64,000 bases of DNA. Origin: Phoronis australis. Taxonomy: Eukaryota; Animalia; Phoronida. The stretch covers positions 35,374-99,373 of the forward strand of contig NMRA01000919.1 of the NCBI GenBank assembly GCA_002633005.1, in the 5' to 3' direction. How positions within the stretch are numbered: the first letter of the stretch is position 1; the number at the start of each line of letters is the position of its first letter. The position numbers were made by a program, and so were the translations under genes. Under the pieces are notes generated by a model. The model saw only the letters and a program-made list of their open reading frames with translations, did no database searches and had not been told where the DNA came from. Positions 14,681 through 27,338 of this stretch are shown here, one piece after another.

Positions 14681-15534
14681 AAGACTTGGAAAGCGAGCTT
14701 GACGAGTATTATGAAGACAGTGATGGGGTTCAAGACCACACTCAAGCCACAGGTAAAACAGCATCTGTGGCCAGTGAAACCGAGTAGCAGCCTACTCAGT
14801 CTGCGGGACAGTCCTAATTTGAGAGTGGTAATTAAAGCCTACATGCATGTATATTGAATCATGGCATAATTTTCTAGTGTCGGGTAATGCAAGTATGAGT
14901 CTCGGACTGTAAACCTAACCGCCAGCAACGTGGGCATGTTGATGAGCAAGATATTTGCATCCAAAAACGTTAATTGTAACTTGTGGCTAGCAAAATAAAG
15001 CTAAATCGTGCAGAGTGGGTAATATAAAACTCATTAAGTAAGAAACTGATATTAAATACTTTGATACGTTGCTTTCTTTTGGCCGCCGCCAAAACTTGGC
15101 ACGAGTACTGAGGACAGAAAATTTATTACGTCAGGGAAATTTCACACGCATGTTTTGTGAACTGGTACATACTTCGTGAATAATACCAAACTCACGTTTT
15201 GTTGGCGTTCGTTTTTTCTGTCACTCAAATGTCTGCGAGTGCTCAGCTCTCGCTGGTTCCCTGCGTGCTTAGCCCAGTCAACACGCAGATATCACGCAGT
15301 GGCGGGCACGCGCCCTTAGCATTGGTCGATGTAACCTCGGCAGTCACTGGTTAGCTTTACAACACCGTGAAAAATGGCGGACTGTGAACGATTTTTAGCC
15401 TTGTAATGCAAGTGGCGTCGCAGCAACTATTTCGTTTCTGCAGTGAAAGTTGTTTAATAACCGCGGGCTTGAAGCACATAGGCCACTGACATGTACAATA
15501 CACACATATCTGGCCGATTTAACCAATGTGTTAG

Positions 15535-16990
15535 TTGTAGTAGTAGAAATAATCTTTATTTAAAAGTCGGTGAGATTTAACAATGAAACGTTAGCACAAG
15601 TGCTATTATCCGACAAATTTAAAATCTATAAAATGAACAGAGCTAAAATACTAGCTAATTCTACAGTACGGAGAATATACAGAACTTAAACATAAATATA
15701 AATACAAAAGTGCACATACACGTTACGGAGCGTGTAGGCATCCATATCAGTTTTCACAAGAGCAGATCTCAGAGAAAAAATCATGAGCATGAGTGGCAAA
15801 TTCATTTAAAGCAGTACATTGTCTCATTACTAATGGCAATGAGTTCCACAGCAAAGCACCTTCATGGGAGATTGAGTTACATCCGTAAGTCATCGTATTA
15901 AAGCGTTTCACATAGAGACAGGTGAGTTTTCACCTCTGAGACCGTATCCAGACTCTTTAAATTCAAGCTTTCCTGACAAAGGACAGGGTCCAATAATATG
16001 AACAATTTTGAATACTTCAATAGATAAACATTTCATCCGCCAACTAGTTAGAGAGCAGCTCCTAGCCTTAACTAAGAGTTGTGAGTAGCTGGACTCGCTG
16101 TCATTGAACACAAATTTTAAAGCAAGGTGTTGTATCTTCCATTTTCCTACTTTTCTGTATTCCACATAGATGCCAAACGAGGGGGCAGTGATTAAAATAA
16201 GACCTTATAAATGCATAATATAACTTAAGCTTACTGTTGATGCTTAAAACATTATGAAGACGGAACAAGGCATTCATTTGTCTAGAAGCTTTTTTGCAAA
16301 TAACATCAACGTGCTCATGGAGTTTTAACTGGCTATCAAGTTGGACACCCAGCAGCTTAACGGACTCTTCACACTCAATCGTAGTATCACCAGATATGAG
16401 TTACCTATCATTATTATGTACACGATTCCTAGAAAAGATGATTGACTTAAATTTACCAAGGTTTACAGACATTCCATTAGAGGAGAACCAATCCATTGCC
16501 ATCTGCCCAGCTAGCTTGAGGCTGAGGCGAACTGCAGATAAAGAGGAGCCTGCTTGCAAGAGGGTATTGTCATCAGCGTAATTATGTAAATTACAGTGAC
16601 CACTTATAGCGTAAAATCATCATTGATAAAAATGTTATGGGGCCAAAGACAGACCCTTGAGGAACGCCCTAGTGGGGACATTTAACCAGTCACTGACAGC
16701 TGTGGAGCCAATTTTCACTCTCATCCTTCTATCACTGAGATAGGACATTATGAGGTTACAGGTATTCAATGTGTAGCCATAGGCTTTTAGTTTGGCAACA
16801 ACAAGGAGCTCATGGGGGAGACAATCAAAAGCCTTAGACCAGATCAATTAGTATGCACCCAGCAACTAAATCCAGAGCTAACCTTACATCTTCAGTTAGG
16901 TGCAACAAGACATCCTGACAAGAAAAACCTTTACGGACATAAATTTTCAATTAAAATTTCATCAAAATGTAGTTTCAATTGGTCTAGAAT
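15535..16990 (-). mobile_element. Degenerate CR1-group (CR1/L2/Crack-like) LINE reverse transcriptase fragment with 3' end
   Basis: Minus-strand peptides SKAFDCLPHELLVVAKLKAYG, LIMSYLSDRRMRVKIG, GVPQGS-like and HNYADDNTL; 3' tail aataaagattatttc(tac)n at ~15535-15560; several frameshifts and stops. Confidence 0.85.
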
Positions 16991-17338
16991 AAGTCGTCAA
17001 AAACTTAGTTGACAGCACTGAGTCAGCACACTAACTATAACAGGAGTCAGTACTGGAATACAGGACACTATCGCGAACAAAATGCATTCCGAAGAGGCGC
17101 AATCACAACTGATTTCTAAGCCGGCTGCCCCTTGTCTGTACAACAGACCACGTAAATTTACACTTCAGTGCATCAGTCAGGGACAGTCATGCCAGTTTGT
17201 TTGCGTAAAGCGCTGCCTGTGGAGAATTCGACTAGCCAATCAGAAACGCCGGTGTAAAAAAATTACCGAGGAAAATTAAGTGATATCTGCGTGCTGGCGC
17301 GGCTACCGTCCACCTAGCGCATAGGCGGATTTAGGGGG

Positions 17339-17547
17339 NNNNNNNNNNNNNNNNNNNNNNNNNNNNNNNNNNNNNNNNNNNNNNNNNNNNNNNNNNNNNN
17401 NNNNNNNNNNNNNNNNNNNNNNNNNNNNNNNNNNNNNNNNNNNNNNNNNNNNNNNNNNNNNNNNNNNNNNNNNNNNNNNNNNNNNNNNNNNNNNNNNNNN
17501 NNNNNNNNNNNNNNNNNNNNNNNNNNNNNNNNNNNNNNNNNNNNNNN
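17339..17547. other. Assembly gap (run of N)
   Basis: Run of n, preceded by a MITE-like end cataggcggatttagggg. Confidence 0.99.
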
Positions 17548-18630
17548 AGTACTTTCCCCTCCGATTCCAAATCAGCATCATCCTTAGTAAGTTTTAAAAC
17601 CATAATTATTAGAAGTCAATTTAATCAGAAGTGTTCTGTGTACCAAATGTGCCATAAATATCCTCAGACCAACCTATTTTTTATCTATATACAGGATGAT
17701 ATACATGACTTCGTGTACTTTTATTAACTACTTTTAATCATTTATGAAGACATTATTTATTCATGTTGTCTCATAATTTTAGTATCGTCCATTTGTGGTT
17801 TGTTTATTATTCATTTTGTTTCATCAGTCTTTCCATGTCAGTTTCATATTCATCATTGATCGTTTAAGTGTTGTCTTTCATTTTTCTAAGTCTGTATGTC
17901 CATGGAAAGCAACTAATCATGATGGGCCAGCCAGACTCAGTACCCCATTGTACGTATATAGGCCTATTTATATCGGTACAAATAAATAAATAAATAAAAG
18001 AATGAAAGTGTAATCAAATATTAGGTCTAATGTACATAATAAGATATTGTGTGATGTTGACATTTTCAGAAAAACACATCAGATAACGCACCTGAGTTAG
18101 GTTGCAAAACGATCTAATAATATGAAACGAACAGCTCAACTTGCGGAAGTAAACAAAGATTTCATGGTTAAAGGTCACTTGCGTCGCAGGTCACCTACTC
18201 TGACTGACACGAGCAGAGGTCACCTACTTGACCTCCCTGCGCGCGCACAGACTCCAATACTTCCGGTGGTGTAGTGGGGAAACCAAGCGTGGCCTTTTCG
18301 CGTGATGGTCACGGACACAGAAAGTTCGGTAGGACTTGACTGACACTCTGTCTTGGATGCTATACCAAATTGTCCTCAGATCTGTTGTATATGTAAATTG
18401 TTAGTAATTGCATGCTTCATGTAGTATTTTTTGAATTTTAAATGAGTCGATTTTTCATCCCCGGCGGCTACGTCCCCCTTCCACGGCACACACAGGCGTC
18501 TGGCTCTGACTGAGCAAGGACTCAGGAGTGTAGTAGAACAGGAGAGTTCACTTGTGAGTTCGCTGTTACCGCTACTACTAGCGCCGCCAAGTGGCGACTA
18601 AGCAACTGTCAACCAGGAAGCGCCAAAACA

Positions 18631-19553
18631 ATGGGGAAGGACGCATTTTGCAGTGCGATAAAGTGCATGAATTGATCCACAAAAACCCCAGACGGAGTCA
18701 TTTTTTAGGTTTCATAAGGATCCAGAAAGGTAAGGATTATCTGTTATTGGCTTTCATTTTGTGTGTTCTCTTCACTGTTGTTAGACAAGTCGATCGCTGT
18801 CCCGTTGCCACTGTTGTCTGCAGGTTAGGCTAGGCCTACTGTACAGCCGGGCTGCCGGCGGAAGGACTATATGAACGTACGATGTGATCGTCAGCTTTTT
18901 GGATACTTGCAGTTCATGAATTCCAAATCAAAATGTCACCCGGCATACGATCCCAGGGATAATTTTAGGAAAATATACCCATGCCCAAGGCCATGGGTAA
19001 TATGACTGGTGACACGGCCATGGCACAATCACAGCCACAGGGCCACAAGTCTGTCATGAGTCAAGTTAGAGAGTCTGTGGGTCTCGGTGAAAAGGTGAAA
19101 AATCAACATAATTTTAATGTGCCAGTTGGACCAATTAAGTTAAGAACTGCGTCATCGAAAACTTAATTCTATGTGTCAATGATGCGGGGGCGCAGCCCTG
19201 TTAAAATATCCGTGGATCGACATTTGAGTCCGAGTTCTTTTCAGTTGACACCAAAACGCTTTTGTCTCTATCGCAATCACTGTACGACAGGAATTCTGTA
19301 GTGTAGTGTACTTTAGTGTAGGCTACCAGTCTTCTGTGAACCTGGTGAGTACGAGGTTTGTTAATGAGTCTCTCTTTGATTTCTGTCCAGGTGCAAGCGC
19401 TGGGAGCTGACCTTATGAATAGAGATGAAGCCTATTTGTCCAAGAACTGCAAGTTATGCTCTAATCACTTCGAGGAGTACATGTTCATGATTGAAGAACA
19501 AGATGGTATTGACTGCAGTGCCCAAACAATATTTGATGTCCCGAATCCACCAA
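18631..19553 (+). pseudogene. Degenerate two-exon THAP zinc-finger domain (transposon-derived)
   Basis: Exon A 18631-18729 reads MGKDAFCSAIKCMN*...SFFRFHKDPER (stop and frameshift), then donor AG|gtaagg. Exon B starts at 19391 (ccag|) and reads RCKRW../ADLMNRDEAYLSKNCKLCSNHFEEYMF...TIFDVPNPP, the THAP C2CH signature. Confidence 0.75.
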
Positions 19554-21867
19554 AAATGAAGATGTCAGGGTCAAAAAGTTCTCCGGAAATTGTATTACAG
19601 CTCTGGAATAGGCTTTTTGCATTTCTGATTATCGTCTCATGAAGCAAGTACTGGAACATCACGCGTAGAAAGGACAATTAGTCAAAATCTGGTTTTTGTA
19701 TTTCACTATGGTTGATCAGATTGAAACATTTTATGAATGGTTAGCCTGTGATTTGGAGAGAACCAAAGTGAAACTGCTGGATCATTCAGTGTCTGAATAG
19801 TGGCCTGAAATTTTGTTAAACCCAAGCTATCCGTACCATTTTACTTCTCTATCACAAACACCTCTGTGGGTAAATTAGTTTTCAGCTTTACTTATAACGC
19901 ATTTCTTTAGCGAAAAGTGCTGTTGTTTACTAGTGAATTAATAGAGAGTGACAAGGCTGGTCAGATTTTCTTGTTGTATTGGTTGGTGTATGTGTTGCCT
20001 ATTTTGTACGTTTTTGGAGACTGTGATTAATTTAAGCCCCAGTTGTGGCTAGGTATCAGATATGATCTTGTGGTCTGGCTTTAACTTTCATGAAATATTT
20101 ACTGTTATTGATAATAGGAACAGTGGGTATATAAAATATAATTTTGGTTTTATCGTCCAAGCCTTTTTAATTCAGTTTTGTACGAAGCTATGTGGGTAGT
20201 GAATATTTTGATTGCTGTTCAGTTCCTCTTAATTTTTTGGTCATGACATTTTGAACTTTGACTAGTTATGATTGATGATTTATGTTTTGTAAGTTGTGAG
20301 CTATTCTACAGATTAGCAACTGACTTGTAACTGTTGGTGAGTGGGGGAGTGGGATTGAGTTTACCCTATACTGGCATGTCTAAGAAATAATGGAATGTTC
20401 TAAAATTGTATTACGATTTTGTGGTAGTGATGAATTGCCTTGCTTTCTTCTTCTCACTTGTGTAACACCCGCTGCACAAAACAATTTTCTGCATTGCTAG
20501 TAGTCTGGTGCATTGAATAGGGAACACATATGAAATTGTTGGGTGGAGATGAAACCAGCAGTGAGCTGGGAGCAACATGGTTGTCAATGGTCAGGGGAGC
20601 AACCAAAATGTGTGACGATGGGAGGAGCTCAGCACCCATGTGGCATACATACCCATTGGTTTTTACCTGTTTAGCACTCCTCCCATGTAACCCCCCTGGG
20701 AGGGGGTCAACACCCATTTGGCGCCCACCTGGTTTTTGCCTGGTACCCCCTTAGCTGGCACCTGGGGGAATTCCCCTCTGAAACCCCAGGAGCAATCATT
20801 TAAATTATGTAGTCCATGGAGGTATAAACTGTTATAAGGAATGATAATTGCCTTGTTAAGAACTCAAGCATGAAACAAAACCATGGTGGATTTTGAAGGG
20901 AGCTTCAAGAGAGTAAAAACAAATACACTTTAATATTGATTAAAATACACATTTTCTTTCTCATTCGATTGTAAGTGGCCTCTATGTGGAAAAAAGTACA
21001 AACAGCTACATGACTGGTTTAATCAGTGCGAGGCATACTAGTAATTCACTGAAAACCTTCTAATGTATTGGAAGGCCTTTTGGGATGGCCACCACTACTG
21101 AGACCTGTGTCTGTTGAGACGTGGTACTGTCTACTCCACCAAATGCCGCAACCTGGGCTCGCTATCTGGTTTGTGTGCGTGGTGGTTTACTTGGTCATTT
21201 TTGCTCTTGGTTACCTGTAGACTCGAGCCAGAAACTCCAGTAAAAACTCAAAATTTTGAGTTCAGGCTTGAACTTATAGCCTCAATGGAGAGGTCAAGTG
21301 CAAGCTAGGATAGAAAAAACTACATGCACTTGAGTACAGAATAATCTCAAATTAGCACAAAAATAGATATAGGAAATCTAGGCTCGCTGTAGACTTTGAA
21401 GGATTTTAGCCAAAATGGCTAAAGCATCTGAAAACTTTTTGCCATTTTCAAAAATTATTAGGCAAATACATACTTTCCCTTTTCCTAACCCCCGCAATAA
21501 AAGTACAGTTACCCGGACCAAACTTTTTTATTTTTCATGTTATATGCTTAGGTTGTTTTCATAATGTATTGTCAGATAAGACATTTGTCTAATTCCAAGG
21601 TCATATAGCAACTTAATAAGTTGGAGGATGTCAGCCAACTTGGGTTTTATTATGACCTAAGAGTTTGGGCAGAGGTTCCCCCTATACCCGAGTAATGTGG
21701 GTACGCTGGCCACATGGGCATGTAAATGATATTGACCTTAAAAAAAAATTGGGGAGGGGTTCCCCCTATCCCCGGGTTATGGCGTGAGTACACAAGGGCA
21801 CATTGGCATTTCATTGATGTTTACCTAACAAAAATTGGGGAGAGATTCCCCTATCCGCGGGTTACAG

Positions 21868-22040
21868 CAACGTGGGCATATTGATGAGCAAGATATTTGC
21901 ATCCAAAAGCGTTAACTGTAACTTGTGGCTAGCAAAATAAAGCTAAATCGTGCAGAGTGGGTAACATAAAACTCATTAAGTAAGGAACTGACATTAGCTA
22001 CTTTATGCATGTACGTTGCTTTTTTTGGCCGCCGCCAAAT
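21868..22040 (+). repeat. Direct interspersed repeat, copy of ~14924-15095; preceded by three ~65-bp ttcccctat units (21670-21865)
   Basis: agcaacgtgggcat(a/g)ttgatgagcaagatatttgcatccaaaa...ttttggccgccgccaaa occurs at both loci. Confidence 0.8.
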
Positions 22041-24469
22041 TTCAAACACATCCCAGTCTCTCAATGACTTCGTCTTACACGCGCGACATTTAGCGAGTTG
22101 ACTAGGTATGACATGTGACGTATTTTGAATTAAAAATGGATAACACACTCGTTCTTCCCAGCTTCATCTGCACCTTTTACTCCTTAAAAGAAAATCTGTC
22201 AATGTCAAGTCTCGAGCAATATTTGACATTACAAATTATGCGCTGAAAATTGGTAAAGTTAGTAATCAATTAGGTGAGATTCGTGTAATTTTTTACCTTG
22301 AGTTCAAATTTCATGTTCGAGACAGCTCAACTCAGTCCGATTTTATCCCCTAGCGGGTAAAAATGCTGTTGGACAAGCTGACACAGCCACGTCACCAGTG
22401 TAAAAAGTTAACAGAGAGACTTGGTCACATTTGTCACCAGAAATAGTCTTCTAGTCATTGTTGACATTGTCACTTGCAGACGACAGGCAGCAGCATCTAC
22501 ACGAGATCTTGCTATGACTAGAGAGAAATTGCCATTATCAAGACTGCTGACCCCCCGTACACAGTTGGACATTTCGTTGTGGTAAAAGAGTGATTTCAGG
22601 GGGAGTGACAGACATGAAATGGAACATTCGCTTGCTATTTTTAGGACGCAGAATCGAAGTAAGAATGCCATTTGCGGCGCAACTTGATACGAGCTGACTG
22701 TTATTCAATATTAATTTTCATAGTCAAGTTCGGAAAGTGTTTGCCAAGTTAGCAAACGGACTTAGCTCTGCCATTGCCAATGCTGCTCAGAATTCGCCAA
22801 TGGCGAGCTGGCGAGTGGGTAGCGCGAGCCTAGGAAATGTTAGAAATAATTTAGATTTTAATTTCAAGTAATAAAATTATACCCTGGGCCCTGCTCACAG
22901 TGGTTTTGGTAAAGTTTTGTGCCAAAACCCAATTAAATATGTACTCAGAAGTGAAATTTTCATTTACTCCTAATGCTAGTAGCAGAAGTTGATGCTACAA
23001 CACCAGTAAAGAAGCCCTGGGTCATTAAACTCACCAGATCATGATGCAATTGGTACTACCTGACCAGTCAGTTCACAAGTGGAACACCTTAATTCAATGG
23101 ACCATTGTGTTTGCATTAGGAAACTTGTCATCCATTGGAACAACTTACCCCATAAACTTCCACCAGGCACACTGGTCCCTGATGTGACAAAATCATTCCC
23201 AGGTCACCAAACTGGAACTGAGGTCGCCAAAACTTGTACAACCTGTTGTCATGCAGTAACAAATACTCAGCTCTTTTGAAGCCTTAGTGTTTTTTATAAT
23301 GATAAGTGGTCTATTGGAAAATTTGGTTTGGGGTAAAATTGAGAGGTCACCCCACTAATATTCCCTATGAAAATAGGTTGTGTGAGTTTTGTAATTCGGG
23401 ATGTGTATAGGACAAATACCACCTTGTGTTAGTTTGCAGTGCATACCAAGACCTTCGGGTTAAGTACTTGAGTGATCGTTTTTGTCATTCTCCCACGACA
23501 TCTAAATTTGAATCTTTCATGAGAACTCCTGATATCATACATCTAAAATTTGTGCATCATACTCTCAAGCGTCACAATTTATTATCCAGCTTGTAACGCA
23601 CCTGATAATGTTCTGCCTTGTACGTGTTATACTTTGGGCCTATGGCCACATGTATATATTTCAATAAATCACTATAAAAATTTAAGGTTCATAGTAGATG
23701 TGCCATTGTTTTTGCCTGTAAATTTTTGTAAGATACTGAATTTACCATATTTGATCTCTGGAGTGCAAAATGTTAAAACTAGAAAGAAGAGATTTTTAGC
23801 ACTGTGGTATCTCATGCAATTTTTTTAACTTGCCAAGTTGTCAATGACTGGATGAACTGCAGGTTAGACAAGGATCACTCCTCTATTGATCCAAGACACT
23901 CGAAGCATGTTGTGCCAGCAAGTGCTTTGCCTTACACCCATGTTTTAAGAAATTGTCTGTTTTAGTTTAAGGACACGGACCACTATAGCCAGCTTACTTA
24001 GCTCACCAGGTGTCCCGTGACTGAGTCAGGTTGAGTGTCATCCCAATTTGACAAGCTTTTCTTCAGGGTAAGTATTTAGTCTATTGCGTTTGAGAGCAAA
24101 CCTGTACAATGTATGTTTTGAACCACTTAGATTCTGCGCGTTTTCTTGGAGGTTCACGCTAATGTTACCTGAACATGAACTAACAACCCATGATGGGATC
24201 CGAACATGCAAAATGTCCTCCTTCTCATGACTTTCCAAACTAACATTAAAAGGATAACTCATTGTATCTAATAGTAATCAAGTATGGCTTTAATATGGTG
24301 TCTATCGTATTTGTTGAACTATGTATTTTGAAAATTCTTTTGTTAAAATCTACTTTTAAGGAACTGTTGAAAGTAAACATGGACTTAATCTGGTATTATT
24401 ATTATGCAGTTGAGCCATTAAAAAGCAATCCTTAATCCTTGCAAGAGAGCTTTTTGCAGAGTTTTCATA

Positions 24470-24633
24470 TCTGATTGTGAACCCAACACATTTTAATTTC
24501 TGATTGTGAACTCAAAACGTTTTAATATCTGATTGCAAACCCAAAACGTTTTAATATCTGATTGCAAACCCAAAACATTTTAGTATCTGATTGCCAACCT
24601 AAAACGTTTTAATATCTGATTGCAAACCCAAAG
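24470..24633. repeat. 29-bp minisatellite, ~5.6 copies
   Basis: Unit tctgattgcaaacccaaaacgttttaata. Confidence 0.9.
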
Positions 24634-24818
24634 TGGTCATAAACCAATGTTGATTTAGACCACTCACTGCTTTAAAATTGTTCTCACATTGTTATTTGAA
24701 ATCAAATGAGATGTGATTTCTTGGTTTGCAAAGAACTGACAGTTCACTATCTGTGATATTTAAGACCATGTTCGAGGCATGAAATGACATGCCGTAACAA
24801 ACCAGTTTGTAGAGCCTG

Positions 24819-24969
24819 GGTGGAGTTCAGTAGCTGTCTAGTGGCTAGAAAAGTCTAGCCAAAATTACGTGTTCTCATTTAAATTACATGGCAATATCTC
24901 ACGTAATCTTGCAAGATCTTGCTTTCCTGCGGAGGTCCTAGCGAGGTCCTAGGATTACTGAACTCTTCC
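24819..24969. mobile_element. Short MITE (gttcagta...tactgaac ends); related copy at ~47063-47199
   Basis: Terminal inverted ends and a shared core ggcaatatctc(a/g)cgtaatct; the flanks suggest CWG 3-bp duplications (Harbinger-like, inferred). Confidence 0.55.
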
Positions 24970-25080
24970 CTGGTCTCAAACAGTATTGAACTATCATGTA
25001 TTTTGCAGCCCAGAAATATGCTGCGGTTTGACTAAACAACCATTTGAAACCAATTTCATGAGGTTAAGTGGTATCTGTAT

Positions 25081-25216
25081 TGGAAGGGATGTTTATAGCT
25101 ACTTTAAGGTAGGACTCATTTGTAATGGAAGGGATGTTTATAGCTACTTTAAGGTAGGACTCATTTGTAATGGAAGGGATGTTTATAGCTACATGTACTT
25201 TAAGGTAGGATTCATT
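25081..25216. repeat. 45-bp tandem repeat, 3 copies
   Basis: Unit tggaagggatgtttatagctactttaaggtaggactcatttgtaa; the third copy has a 6-bp insertion. Confidence 0.9.
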
Positions 25217-25341
25217 TTTGTTCTGTTGTTTTTAGAACATTTTTCTTTAATGAGTGGGGTCTTTGTCTCTTTTTTCTTTATGACAGGCCATATGTTGTGA
25301 CAAATAAAACTGAACTGAGTGCATGTATTTTTTCTTTTAGC

Positions 25342-25509
25342 ATGTCCAGCCAGCAGATTAGACAGAAACTGCCTGGCCAATTAAAAAGACTGAATCAAAC
25401 GAGTGCTGACAGCAGGTTCTTATATTTTGGATATGGTAGTAATCAGTTGACAGAACGACTTCAGATTATGAACAAGTCAGCAAAATTTGTAACTATTGGA
25501 AAAGTTTTG
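25342..25509 (+). CDS. GGCT: Gamma-glutamylcyclotransferase-like gene A, coding exon 1 (CDS join 25342-25509, 27202-27338, 28480-28747; 190 aa)
   Basis: An acceptor ttttag sits just before cATG. Reads MSSQQ...RFLYFGYGSNQLTERLQIMNKSAKFVTIGKVL, with the GGCT YFxYGSN motif; donor gtaaga, phase 0. Confidence 0.9.
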
Positions 25510-27009
25510 GTAAGACTTGAGCTTAGCAAGACCAATTGAAACCTTGTTTTGAAGTTGCTGATCTTAAAGGGTATATACTCTTTACTCTTGTAATGACATA
25601 TTGCAGGTTACTCAACTACTCACAATATGCCACAAAGCTTTCCATCCAATGTATGCGAAGATAATGAATTCCATATCCAAAAACATTATTCGGGCTACTG
25701 GCATGTATAAAGAAGCGCCAAAACGACATGAATTTTGACAGGATTGGCTGGCGTAGTTTTGTGTCATTCCTGATGATCTTTCAATTACCTTGGAAACAAA
25801 TTGATGTCTAAGGATTACGTCAAGGAAAAGGAAGGGAAATTATGAAACCAGTTTAGTAGATGTAAGGCTATGGATGACTTTATGACAAGTTTGTGTCCAA
25901 AACATTAAGTCAAAAATATGCCATCCTCACAAAATCAGTCCTGAAAATGTCCTTACCATGATAGAACTTTGTTTCTAATGACATTAAATATAATTCAGAG
26001 CATTCATTATAAACGAAGCATGTTTCGTAAAATTTTACCAAAAGATGGTGTTTAACTTAATCACAGTTTAAGTGTCAGTTTACCTGAATTGTGTAGTTGA
26101 TGTTATGTCATTGGAAGGACATTTTTATGGTTGTTACTTCGTAATCATGACAATTGACCCAAGATTAAAGGAACGTTATCAGTGTTACAGTCAAAATGCT
26201 TTTTTATTATTATTGTTGAATGGAGTAGACTATGAAGTTAGTGGCTTTGACCAGATTTCTAAAACAACATCTGACATCTGTTGTGTTTGTTTGATTTGAT
26301 AACAAACCAACAGTTCTGACCCTTTGTCTGCCAGGCATTAGCTGAAATCAATGGGGTGAATTTTCTTCTTAAAATACTTTGCCAGTTATCAAGTGAGATT
26401 TAGTTCCGAAGGTTTCGATTTTTGTGATTCGGTGCAGCTTTATATCTCAGAAAGTCATGTTTATCATGTCGAATACCTTTAAGATGGAAGTTTACAATTA
26501 TTGAATAAAGGTTTAGCCATGCAATTGTTTGCACATGAGGACCTTAAAATTATTTAAACAAGTTATCTCTATAACTAGAAGTCATGCATGTATTCTGAGA
26601 GGTGTACTTTTGCATAAATGAGACTTAATTATAATTCAGAAGTATTTGTATGGAATGTAAGAACAAAGTTTTTAAGTAAGTCTTAAGTCACAGACCCCAG
26701 GGGTTTGTTTCATGAAAAGTGACCTAAGACGGGCATTTGGTCTTGAGCATCGCATAACTATTTCTGAAAAATAATTCTAAATTACTTCAACAAAAGAATA
26801 AGGTATCTGAGAATATACCTTTGATTGTTAATTAATTAGGCAAATAATTTTCAGGCAGTGAGGTGATAATGGCTCATGACTTATGACTGAACATTATTCA
26901 GGAATTATTAAGTGGGAGCATAACACCAAATTTCTGTCTTAAGTCACTTTTCATGAAACAGATTTATATTAAAGCCGTAAAGGGAAAATGAAGTGAAGCT
27001 TTAATTTTT

Positions 27010-27180
27010 GCTCATTTGATCCATGGCACACTTAGAGTGAATGTTAAACTACCTTGGTCATTTGATCCACGCCACACTTAGAGTGAATGTTTAACTACCT
27101 TCAGTTGGTCATTTGATCCATGCTTCACGACCTTGGTCATTTGATCCACACTACACTTAGAGTGAATGTTAAATTACCTT
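27010..27180. repeat. Imperfect ~44-bp tandem repeat just upstream of the GGCT-A exon 2 acceptor
   Basis: Repeated tcatttgatcca...cacacttagagtgaatgttaaactacctt. Confidence 0.8.
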
Positions 27181-27201
27181 GACAAATTCTGCTTTTTTCA
27201 G

Positions 27202-27338
27202 GGATACGAATTACAATTTGGTGGCTACTTTTCTTCACGGTGGAAGGGTTATTCTGCTACCATCACAGAGAAGCAAGGTGCTGAAGTGTGGGGGTGTGTG
27301 TACACACTACACGTGGAGGATATGAGTAACCTGGACAG
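27202..27338 (+). CDS. GGCT: GGCT-like gene A, coding exon 2
   Basis: ttttcag|GYELQFGGYFSSRWKGYSATITEKQGAEVWGCVYTLHVEDMSNLD-AG|gtctgt, phase 2; matches the GGCT W..G.ATI...G.EVWG motif. Confidence 0.9.

Noticed and set aside
24470-27180. Short repeat arrays that could resemble CRISPR (also 52444-52580)
   Set aside because: They are head-to-tail units with no unique spacers, there are no cas genes, and the context is eukaryotic; these are minisatellites.
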